DNA of 64,000 nucleotides, taken from assembly GCA_937625935.1 (NCBI GenBank), contig OW569349.1, positions 558,001-622,000 on the forward strand. Reading direction: 5' to 3'. Positions 23,170 through 32,326 of the stretch are shown one piece after another; position 1 is the stretch's first letter; every line of letters starts with the position of its first letter. The DNA is from Tetramitus jugosus. Its lineage: Eukaryota; Protista; Heterolobosea. A model generated the notes under the pieces. It had not been told where the DNA came from. It did not search any database and worked only from the letters and a program-made list of their open reading frames with translations. The position numbers and the translations under genes were made by a program.

Positions 23170-23820
23170 CCTCGTAGGAAGATGTATGGAAGTGACAGAT
23201 CTCGTCAGAAGGTTATCACAACACTGACATCCAAGTACTATACCATCTGCAAATAACAGTATCAATCAGACAATTCAAAGGACACCTACAACCTCTACTA
23301 CTCCATATGTATAAGGAAATATGATAAACGATACATTATGATCAAGAGTGGTTGTAACTTCAAATGATTAGCACTTTCAGCCCTAACATATTTTGATCAG
23401 TGCAGAGTCTGGAGGATTGGACTCAGATATAATGAGAGTATGTAGTAACTACATGTGTCTTTACAGAGCACATTCAAAGTTTCAACATGAGATCATCAAT
23501 AGATCGAATCTACTATCATACTCAACACTGCATCTAAAGTATGAGCTAGGATTATACAACTGATATCTATGTGATATCTGAATTTTGGTCTGTAGAAAAT
23601 CCATCAATTAAGAAACATTTGCAATTATGAAATATGATATGCAATACAGACATTTTCCATGTATCTACATACTCCTATATCAGTCATATCACGAATAATC
23701 AGATCCTGCACCTGCAGCATTCAACGGTTCAACATCATTAATTGAGCATCTCCAATTCACACATACATTTTGATGATATATTCTTAATCAATGAGTATCA
23801 CCCTTGGATGTAACCTCAAG
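23170..23820. mobile_element. CpG-depleted decayed element, possible retroelement relic
   Basis: Only 4 CpG in 23221-23820 versus 8 in the next 120 bp; no ORF in the track. IHFDDIFLIN at 23763-23792 loosely recalls the RT YxDD motif. Confidence 0.3.
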
Positions 23821-23829
23821 GCAGTAAAA

Positions 23830-24265
23830 GCTTTGACATGTGTTACGCTTGCCGCCAGAAAATATCGTTACATCCTCTCGCAGACGTGTGACCCGCGGTA
23901 AGACCATGTTTAGACGATAGCAATTGGCCCTTACCTTGCTTACCTTCACACATAAAAGGAACCAGAGTTGAGAAGCAAACCAGAATAAAAGTTCTTACAA
24001 CCATAAGACATTGAGTTTTTAGCGGGGCACAGAACAATTGGATCTACTTCGTTCCAACAATCAACAGCCCTCAATTGCTGGGAAATGAACTTTGCAAGCA
24101 AAAACAACACGTTTTGACTTCATCGTTTTGACCAATTGATTAAATCTTTTTGTCCAAAATGTTCTCTCCCAATCACCAATCGATACCAGTTTTGCAGACG
24201 AGACGCTTGTGTTTGAGCTCAAAAAGGAGAAATGTTGTACATGATCTCATCAGGTATCCATTGAG
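23830..24265 (-). pseudogene. F-box + RCC1-repeat pseudogene
   Basis: Minus-strand fragments IPDEIMYNI / FSFLSS / RLVCK / WYRLV (F-box) and SMSYGCKNFYSGLLLNSGSFYV* / GKGQLL (RCC1-like), broken by frameshifts and stops. Confidence 0.55.
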
Positions 24266-24554
24266 AGTTTTTGTTTAGAATAAAACGAGCTGTCAAAAGA
24301 GGGATCATCAGGATCATACAATTCATCTTCTTCTTCATAAGAGTAGTAATTTTTTAGTCTGACAATAATGACGATGATGGTGACTTCATGTCCTGACAGT
24401 GACTATGACTTTCAACAAGAAGAAGAGTACAAAAAATTATCACATGAAGACTCTGATGAAGAAGATGCATACTTGAATACTTGTGAGCTTCTTATGGGTG
24501 TGGTATGTAAGGTTGGATGCTCCAAAAGCTTTGTTTTGTGAAAACATACAACGC

Positions 24555-24600
24555 GAGGAGAAATGAAAAATGTCGCAGAAATAGTTTTTTTGTATTCACA
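24555..24600 (+). repeat. 46-bp direct repeat, right copy
   Basis: Identical to 18219-18264. Confidence 0.95.
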
Positions 24601-24680
24601 CACAATTAAAGTTCATCAATGATAGCAAACAACAACTGTGTTATCTAAAGCTCTCAAAGCTTTTTCAAACAGATTGTTGC

Positions 24681-25154
24681 TTACCAAGCTTTTTTAAATT
24701 GAGAAAATCCCAGGGCCACCAGAACCAAGTAAATGATGAAGAACAAGAAGAAGAGCAACAATGGAATGAAGCTCACAATGGTCAATATGAGAGAAATCTT
24801 GGCACACATTCTTGCCTTTTCAGAAGGACTCTTCCTGTACAGGACAAAGATGATGATCCACAGAATGAACCAACCCATAAATAGGCTCAATACCAACAAG
24901 ATAATGGCAATGGCTTCATCAGCGTCGGCCTTTGATTTATCGTAGGCAGGAACGATAGGAGCCTCTGTGTAGTCCTCATCAGCTCTTGTTGTGTCAACAC
25001 CTACTGATGCTGCCGTAGCTGCAGTTCCATCGAAAATGTACTGCTGTTGTTGTGCATGTGGTTGACTATAGAAGGATTGTTGTTGTGGTGGTTGGAATGC
25101 ATGTGCCTGTTGTTGAGGGTACATGGTGACATTGCTGTTGTTGTTGGTGGCCAT
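24681..25154 (-). CDS. Small membrane protein, Q/P-rich N-terminus and two hydrophobic helices
   Basis: AIAIILLVLSLFMGWFILWIIIFVLY and ISLILTIVSFIPLLLFFLFFIIYLVLVAL; CAA-rich leader before the ATG. Confidence 0.75.
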   Translation of the reverse strand: MATNNNSNVTMYPQQQAHAFQPPQQQSFYSQPHAQQQQYIFDGTAATAASVGVDTTRADEDYTEAPIVPAYDKSKADADEAIAIILLVLSLFMGWFILWIIIFVLYRKSPSEKARMCAKISLILTIVSFIPLLLFFLFFIIYLVLVALGFSQFKKAW

Positions 25155-25451
25155 TGTTGTGTTTGTTTGTGTTGTTTGGAAGGATCTTCCATTTCAAGCT
25201 TTACAATTTGTGAAATCCGTGGAAAGTCCAACAATCTCTGGAAGAGACCACAAGAAATACCTTGAGCTTCCAAAGGATCAAGTGATCGGACATAAGATCG
25301 GGGAAATAAAATATTTACCCCAAAAGGAGAGTTTTTTTTAGCCCACTACGATTTGGTGTTTTTAGCAACCGGTCAACACCTGCTCGATGTCAGCTCATTT
25401 TCTTCACAACATTCTTGGTTCAAAACAAAAGAAATGAATTAATTGATGTGA

Positions 25452-26438
25452 ATGATGAATTTACGAAAACAACTGATTGAACTATTGTGCTTCTCGTTTA
25501 TCCTGAGTGTCGTAACCGCAGTTGTTCATGGACAACAGCAACGGGACATGATCCGTCGTCATCCCAATTGCATCAACATTGATGGAGTGAGTGGACTGAG
25601 AGCAGCCTTTGAGTGGAAGATATCGGATGATCGACAACAAATTACTGGGGCCGTACATTTTCCTCGGCCAGATTTAAGCATAGGATGGGCAGCACTTGGT
25701 ATTTCCAACTTTGTGGGCTTTGGCATGAATGACGCTGATATTCTGTTGGCTTGGCCAAGAGTGGATGGAACAGTTCAATTTGCATTCAAGAGAGCCATGT
25801 GGTCTGGTCAACCAGGTTCTGCTCCTGCTCCACAATTTGAATCATGCTGGGCAGAAGAACTTGGTGGACGTTTTGTCGTTCACTTCTCAAAGAAGGTGTC
25901 ATATGACAATGTGCCAGACAGTGTCAAGATAGTCCCAAATCAAGGAGCTATTCTCTCTGCTGTAAACACAAGAGAAACACCACAGGATGAAAACACTTTC
26001 TCATTTCATACTTGGCGACTCAAGAGATATGTCAATTTCTTGACTGAAGAAACCATTGATGAGTGTGGGGGTATATTTCCTTCCCCTTCACAAATTACGC
26101 AACCTCCTCCTTCAACTTCTACCACGTATCCCACACCTTCTTCTCCAGTGGCCAAGAGTAGTGTTGTGCCTGCTCCCTCCGCGGTTGTTCCCTCTCCTGT
26201 ACATTCTGATTCTCATGGGACGTTACCCACTTCGCCAGTACCTTCGAAAGGTGAAAATTCTCCTTCTATTCCTTCAACCTCTGACTCCACTCAACAGCGT
26301 CCTTCCAGTCCAGTCTCTACCATGACTCAGAATTCGAATACGACTGGTTCATTATTCTCAACAGCCCATCTACTTAGGGTTTTTGGATTGGCATTTTTGG
26401 CTGCTGCAGTGTGTGTGTTGTTCCATTCGAAACCTTAG
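25452..26438 (+). CDS. Secreted/surface DOMON-domain protein with S/T/P stalk and C-terminal anchor
   Basis: Signal peptide; GWAALGIS...GMNDADILLAW and FSFHT carry the DOMON heme-ligand Met and His; mucin-like stalk; hydrophobic tail. Confidence 0.8.
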   Translation: MMNLRKQLIELLCFSFILSVVTAVVHGQQQRDMIRRHPNCINIDGVSGLRAAFEWKISDDRQQITGAVHFPRPDLSIGWAALGISNFVGFGMNDADILLAWPRVDGTVQFAFKRAMWSGQPGSAPAPQFESCWAEELGGRFVVHFSKKVSYDNVPDSVKIVPNQGAILSAVNTRETPQDENTFSFHTWRLKRYVNFLTEETIDECGGIFPSPSQITQPPPSTSTTYPTPSSPVAKSSVVPAPSAVVPSPVHSDSHGTLPTSPVPSKGENSPSIPSTSDSTQQRPSSPVSTMTQNSNTTGSLFSTAHLLRVFGLAFLAAAVCVLFHSKP

Positions 26439-26467
26439 ACTCAGAACATCAAAGGTCCTTTCGACAG

Positions 26468-28588
26468 CTAAGTGCTTGGTTTCTCGTCTAGGGTTTCAGC
26501 TCGAACATATTCGTCATCGTGCATGATTAACTCTGATTCAGTGGCATGCAGTCGATGATAGATATCCCAAACCCTTCCATGAATGTGAACTCTCAGGGAA
26601 TATTGATACACCACTAGGGAAGCGAGGGCTGCAGTTTGAGCATAAATAAAGAGAGTGAGAAATAAACCAGGTAATAGACTAGCGTTGTTCGCCATGTAAT
26701 GAATAGAAAGAGAATATGCTTCACCAATGGGTCGTCCATGCAAAAAGATTAAGTCACTAATAAATATCCACAAAGGATCTCCAATTATACAAAACCCATA
26801 GAGTAGAACTATTCGGTATATGATGATTGGAAGAGTTCCGAACAGAAACTTCGATTGAAACAGAAGTATCGTAAGACCTAGCAAAACAAACAGGAGTATG
26901 TTAAACAAAGATCCAATATATGTGTATCCCACAACATAGAGAGCTGTACAATATTCTGGGCGAAAGTGGAACGACACATGCCACGCTCTCCAATAGGTTG
27001 GATCTGTAGTTGGTATTTTACCGGCTCCAAGATAAATCCATTGAGCAAGATAATGGGGCCAATAACGAACATACATAATTACCAAGCACAATAAAACCAT
27101 CAAATATGTCTCCAGTGTTTTAAAACTCTGGAAACCTAGATCGAATAACAGAGTTCGATACAAATATATAGCCTTCTCGTAATACAGAGATAACTTACTC
27201 CACGAATGTTCTTCGCTTCTTACACTCTGTTTGTACAATGAGAAATCGATTAGTTCGTTGTGATCTATGACTGGTGGTTCCACCATACTTGTTGATTCTA
27301 TGCCCAAAACATCAGAAAAGATATCGTTCTTCCGTTGAAGAGCAATGGAGGGGTATGGTTCTGTGCTGTTCTTCTTCTGAGGGTATCTCCCAACTTCTCC
27401 CGAATGACTCAAAACTACTCTCTGGATCATATCATTCTTCGAATCATGGTGTACTTCTAATGAATAGGTTGTATTGATAGAGTTGATATTCTCATTGTGG
27501 TAAATCTCTCTGCTTTCAACTCTATGAACATGGAAGTAAATATTTCCAAAGATGAATTCGTTTGACATGTTAAACCACTTAAAATAAGTGTCAACCTTCT
27601 TCTTGTTCAGCTCACCTCTCATCAAGGCACATTTGTAATGCCCATCATCCAAGCAGGATAAATCTGAGTTCACAGCAGGGAAAGTACCCCAAGCAACCGA
27701 GTTGTTCCTTGTCAATGAGAATAGCTCGAGGGCGATAATCATTCGAGGGTGCATTTCCCGATCACACGGACAAACAAATTGGAGAGATGTTTCACTCATC
27801 ATTATTGTTTTGTCAGTGGATTTATAAATGGGTTTTGTACATGCAAATTTTCTTTTGTTATCCTTCCGATTGAGAAAGAACACTCGCTTGAATCTCTTTG
27901 AGGAAGTACCTAGTTTCGAAAATCCTATCTCAAATCCATTTAATCGATCGTACATACTAACACTCAATACCATACTCTCATCTTGGTCCACATCCAGTGG
28001 TTCACCAAGTATGGAGGATATCCGATGAAAATCAAAATTCAATATCTGAGGTTCTCGTTTCCACTTGATGGACCATTGCTTTTTATCAAAATACTTGCCA
28101 TGATCATTCCAATGAGAATCTTCTTCTACAATGACCTTTGCGTCAACTGATTTTAATTTGCTTCTCATCTTGTCCTCTAATCTTCTCCATTCCATCCTTG
28201 ATTCATCATTCAGTCTTCTCAATGTTCTTGCCGAATGTTGCTCCAACCTCAACATGTCCTGTCGATACTTGGCTCTTGCTCTTGCCACTTTTAATTGAGT
28301 TTTCTTCATGGTTTCATTCAATTCATAGTCATTCAACAAATCAAACACTTGATCCAGCTCCTGATGGTGCCTAGAGGCTGTTTGTATCTCCTTGTCCAAA
28401 ATATTGACCAACAGTTTCTCTTCATCTTCATCCTTGTTGCTTGTCAATTGAATCGCTACGTCATCCACCTCAAAATTCAAATATTGAAGCTCTAAATCCT
28501 CTAATGATGTTACCTTTTGTTCCTCTCTGTCAATAATCTGTCTCAAAAGAGATATTTCCCCCATACTGTGCTTCATTGGTTCGCTCAT
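26468..28588 (-). CDS. OFCC1-like (orofacial cleft 1 candidate) membrane protein
   Basis: WSIKWKREPQ, VSMYDRLNG, VAWGTFP, GHYKCALMRG and a multi-TM C-terminus (RYWPHYLAQWIYL) resemble the OFCC1 family. First ATG at 28588. Confidence 0.6.
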   Translation of the reverse strand: MSEPMKHSMGEISLLRQIIDREEQKVTSLEDLELQYLNFEVDDVAIQLTSNKDEDEEKLLVNILDKEIQTASRHHQELDQVFDLLNDYELNETMKKTQLKVARARAKYRQDMLRLEQHSARTLRRLNDESRMEWRRLEDKMRSKLKSVDAKVIVEEDSHWNDHGKYFDKKQWSIKWKREPQILNFDFHRISSILGEPLDVDQDESMVLSVSMYDRLNGFEIGFSKLGTSSKRFKRVFFLNRKDNKRKFACTKPIYKSTDKTIMMSETSLQFVCPCDREMHPRMIIALELFSLTRNNSVAWGTFPAVNSDLSCLDDGHYKCALMRGELNKKKVDTYFKWFNMSNEFIFGNIYFHVHRVESREIYHNENINSINTTYSLEVHHDSKNDMIQRVVLSHSGEVGRYPQKKNSTEPYPSIALQRKNDIFSDVLGIESTSMVEPPVIDHNELIDFSLYKQSVRSEEHSWSKLSLYYEKAIYLYRTLLFDLGFQSFKTLETYLMVLLCLVIMYVRYWPHYLAQWIYLGAGKIPTTDPTYWRAWHVSFHFRPEYCTALYVVGYTYIGSLFNILLFVLLGLTILLFQSKFLFGTLPIIIYRIVLLYGFCIIGDPLWIFISDLIFLHGRPIGEAYSLSIHYMANNASLLPGLFLTLFIYAQTAALASLVVYQYSLRVHIHGRVWDIYHRLHATESELIMHDDEYVRAETLDEKPST

Positions 28589-28706
28589 CCCGCTTTTCTT
28601 TTCTTCAAGCTTCAAAATTTGAACACAAAAAAATGGCGCCAAAAACACTGCACCCAACAAAACCAAAACCAGAGAAAAAGCTTTTTCATCTCACAGAGAG
28701 ACCAAC

Positions 28707-31043
28707 ATGTCACGCATTGCTCGCTCTCTTGTCAACCACAGTCGATTACCATCATCATCATCATCCTTTCTATCATCAAACAACCACCTATCGATATTTG
28801 CATCCACATGTCCTCTGACAAAAAGCTTTCACACAACAACAACAACAACAACCGTTTCTCATCGCAACAACAATAAATCACGCATTGCCTCCACCACCTT
28901 TAAACCACTCAAACAATCATCTTCCTCATCACAACAACAAGCACCACAATACAAGCAAAAACGCTCCAGTGGTCAAACTTTTTCCAAAACACCAGTCTTC
29001 AAAGAAGATTTCTCTCAGGAGAAATTCAGAGTGGCCATCATTGGTAGACCAAACACTGGAAAGAGTACATTGTTTAATGCATTGACTGGAAGGTATCATG
29101 CTATTGTTGATAAGACTGCTGGTGTGACTCGTGATTGTCAAGAAGGATCTGCAAAACTCAAGCTCAATTTTAAGATTTTGGGTGATTTGACCATGAGACA
29201 CATGCATCCAAATCAGAACTATGGTAAGAGTGCAGCTGCTGTGGACAAGAAGCAACAAATGATGATGCTCAATACGATTACTAGGAGGAGTACAGCGATA
29301 GAGTGCACCATGATTGATACACCAGGAGCGGACAATATTGATCGAATGATTGTACAGACAGAAGAGTCGGTCAAGAGTGCAGATGTGGCGATTATTCTAA
29401 CGGATTACAAGACTGGAATTCAAGAGTGGGATATTGAGATTGCACGGTATGTGATGCTCAAGGGTATTCCTGCGATTCATGTCGTGAATAAGGTGGATCA
29501 CATGGAACAGTACAGTTCTTCACACAAGGCTGGTAGTGGTCGCAGTGGTCGTTTGGCATCAACAGAAGAGTACGAGTATGATGAAGACGAGGAAAATAAC
29601 GAGTATGGTGGTGATGACGATGCAAATGAACTGGAACTGCACAAGTTGCCTGGTATGGGAACACCGATCCCGCTGTCTGCAGAGAGAAAGTATGGATTGG
29701 GTGATTTGTCCCACATTCTCCAACCATTCTACACGCGCTATCTGATGAAACAGTTCTTGATCAAGCAGAAATTGTCTGCAAAGAATAGGTTGATGGATGA
29801 TTTCGATGGTTTTTACAAGTCGGCACTCGATTTGGTGCGTGAACAGAAGCTCGCACAGGATTTGGAGGAAGCACAGAAGCTGATGAAGGACAAGAAGACA
29901 AAAACAAAAAAGACGAAAACAACCAAAAGCAGTAGTCAAACCGAAGATGGTGAACACGAAGAGCAAGAGGAGGAAGAACAAGAGAAGGACAAGGACCCAA
30001 AGGATGACACCATACGTTTGGCTATCATTGGTAGAGCAAATGTCGGAAAAAGTACCATGTTGAATCAGTTGATTGGTCGAGAACGTGTAGTTGTGTCACC
30101 TATTCCTGGAACAACGAGAGACACTATTGAAGTGCAAGGTGTTTCCATGGGAAGAAGAATTCTGTTGGCTGATACAGCAGGTATGAGAAAGCAGAAACAC
30201 ATTTTCGAGGACCGAGTGCAGCTGTTGTCTGCGGAGGACACTTTGCGAACTATTCGTTATAGTCATATTGTCATTTTGTTGATTGACGCTAAGCAACCAC
30301 TTACGAATGAAGACTTGGAGATTGCAGCAATGATTGAACGAGAGGGAAGAGGTATTGTTGTGGGAGCCAACAAATGGGATCTCGTGACAGAACCGCTCTC
30401 GGTTGCGACTGAAATTGAGAAGAAAGTGGTGCATTCACTGTCGCAGATCCAAGGTTTGTCCGTCGTTGTGACCTCTGGTCTCAAGAACTCTAATTTAAAG
30501 TTGTTGATGAAGAAGGCTATCGAAACATTTGACAAGTGGAACTTTAGAATATCCACATCAAGGTTGAATGCCTTCATTCAACAGTATATTGCATCCAAGC
30601 AATTCCCTGCTTCATTTCCCAAAATTCAATACATGACGCAAGTGAATTCCAGACCTCCAACGTTTGCAATCTTCTTCAAACGAGGAGAGGAGTTGCCAAG
30701 AAACTTTGAGAGACAGATCACAAACGCGATTAGAACTGAATTTTCATTGGATGGAATCCCTATTCGTATCATCCAGAAGAGTTCAACTGTTCGATCCAGA
30801 GAAGAAAAGGCAAAGGAAAATAGAAAGATTGAAAGAGAAATTATTCAAAAGAGAGCAAGCAGAGATCCAGAGTTCGCAGCCAAGGTTCAGAAGGTTGAAG
30901 AAAAGAAACAAGAAGAACGAGCAGAGAAGCGAGCAAAGACGCTCCAGCAGAAGAACAAGCTGACCAGAAGAGAACAGAGAAGACACGATAAAAAGATGAT
31001 GAAGAGAGTCAGAACGAGAAGATACCGAAAGAAGAATCAATAA
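28707..31043 (+). CDS. engA: EngA/Der double GTPase, probably mitochondrial ribosome-assembly factor
   Basis: Two G domains (GRPNTGKST/GVTRD/DTPG/NKVD and GRANVGKST/GTTRD/DTAG/NKWD), KH-like YMTQV..RPPTF...GIPIRI, and an Arg/Ser-rich transit-like N-terminus. Confidence 0.92.
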   Translation: MSRIARSLVNHSRLPSSSSSFLSSNNHLSIFASTCPLTKSFHTTTTTTTVSHRNNNKSRIASTTFKPLKQSSSSSQQQAPQYKQKRSSGQTFSKTPVFKEDFSQEKFRVAIIGRPNTGKSTLFNALTGRYHAIVDKTAGVTRDCQEGSAKLKLNFKILGDLTMRHMHPNQNYGKSAAAVDKKQQMMMLNTITRRSTAIECTMIDTPGADNIDRMIVQTEESVKSADVAIILTDYKTGIQEWDIEIARYVMLKGIPAIHVVNKVDHMEQYSSSHKAGSGRSGRLASTEEYEYDEDEENNEYGGDDDANELELHKLPGMGTPIPLSAERKYGLGDLSHILQPFYTRYLMKQFLIKQKLSAKNRLMDDFDGFYKSALDLVREQKLAQDLEEAQKLMKDKKTKTKKTKTTKSSSQTEDGEHEEQEEEEQEKDKDPKDDTIRLAIIGRANVGKSTMLNQLIGRERVVVSPIPGTTRDTIEVQGVSMGRRILLADTAGMRKQKHIFEDRVQLLSAEDTLRTIRYSHIVILLIDAKQPLTNEDLEIAAMIEREGRGIVVGANKWDLVTEPLSVATEIEKKVVHSLSQIQGLSVVVTSGLKNSNLKLLMKKAIETFDKWNFRISTSRLNAFIQQYIASKQFPASFPKIQYMTQVNSRPPTFAIFFKRGEELPRNFERQITNAIRTEFSLDGIPIRIIQKSSTVRSREEKAKENRKIEREIIQKRASRDPEFAAKVQKVEEKKQEERAEKRAKTLQQKNKLTRREQRRHDKKMMKRVRTRRYRKKNQ

Positions 31044-31079
31044 AACGAACTGCTCTTGACGGAAATGCTGCATTGGAAT

Positions 31080-32237
31080 TTACACTGTTTTGGAGCTCGC
31101 CGATATTATTAATGGTTGCAAATGGGTTGCTGTCTTGGGTGGTGTCCGCGTGGGCTGTTTGGTAGTATGAGGTCGTAGAAGACCAGGACTTCGTCGCTTC
31201 TTTGGTGCTGGTCGTGGTGGCACTGATGCTGTCTGCATCCTATCCCGCTGATCCAATTCTTCTCTCACAGAGCTCTGTGTGGGATTCGTCTTCTTGTTGA
31301 TCTTCTGCCGAAGGAAGGTACTTGCATGCTTGTATTTTGAACTTTCAGTCGCCATTTGATGCAACTTGTGATTCATTGCATTCAGTTGCTCGATTAGACT
31401 CTTGTGTTGCATGATTAATGCTGCTTTATCTGCTGACACTTTCATAGTATGTATTTTCATGGTATCGTTCAGATCTATCGATTGTTTCAGTTTTAAGTCG
31501 ACAAGTTTCTTCCTTTGACGATCTTTTGATTCTAATTCATTGAGCTGTTGCAAAAACTTGTTCAGGTTGTAGTGCAGCACATGCTGATTCTGTCTCTCGC
31601 AAAACTCGTCAAATAACCTCGCGTTACCTCTCAGAGTATCAAAACCATCTAAAATTTCTGAATTGAGTGTTGATATACACACTGGCTGCAATTCAGCATC
31701 TTCATCATCATTGGAAGGTTGATTCTGTTGTTGAGTCGTTGTTGAGTCCCATTGATGAAGCAATGATCTCAACCGTATGTTCTCTGCTCTCTCGAAAGCG
31801 AGTTCCTGAAATAGTGAGAGGCTGAGAGCTTGATTGAGCATATGAGAGCTCTTGGTTTCTGTTGCAGCAGTGATTGCATCTTCAAATTCTTTGGAGTGTT
31901 TCGTAATTACATGCCCGGTCTTCTTACTGTTAAATAAGCTAATAAACGATTGAAAGGCCTTGATCGACGCAATATGACTCTTCTTAATTTCTTCTCCTCG
32001 GTTGAGATTTTCAAAGCATGTCAACAGCGTGTCTGATTGGGTCATTAACTTCTGGACACATTCGTTTGTTCTCAGAGGCCAATTTATGATGGGAGCTTCC
32101 GTTATATCCAACAAATCAATCTCGGATTCAAGCTGTACAGAATCAGATTTCATATCATCGGACATGTAGTCCAAGTCATCGTTACTGTGTATCGAACTCC
32201 AAGCTTCATTTATTGTACTCCCATCATGTTCACTCAT
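31080..32237 (-). CDS. Coiled-coil hypothetical protein
   Basis: Long ORF with heptad-rich segments and a basic C-terminus. First in-frame ATG is 32237; the track start is GTG. Confidence 0.65.
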   Translation of the reverse strand: MSEHDGSTINEAWSSIHSNDDLDYMSDDMKSDSVQLESEIDLLDITEAPIINWPLRTNECVQKLMTQSDTLLTCFENLNRGEEIKKSHIASIKAFQSFISLFNSKKTGHVITKHSKEFEDAITAATETKSSHMLNQALSLSLFQELAFERAENIRLRSLLHQWDSTTTQQQNQPSNDDEDAELQPVCISTLNSEILDGFDTLRGNARLFDEFCERQNQHVLHYNLNKFLQQLNELESKDRQRKKLVDLKLKQSIDLNDTMKIHTMKVSADKAALIMQHKSLIEQLNAMNHKLHQMATESSKYKHASTFLRQKINKKTNPTQSSVREELDQRDRMQTASVPPRPAPKKRRSPGLLRPHTTKQPTRTPPKTATHLQPLIISASSKTV

Positions 32238-32326
32238 TTTCTGACGATTATCATCTAACTGTTCAAATTGATGTTCATCGGGCAGCACTCATGAATTTTT
32301 TTACCGTAGTTTCAGACGACAACTTC

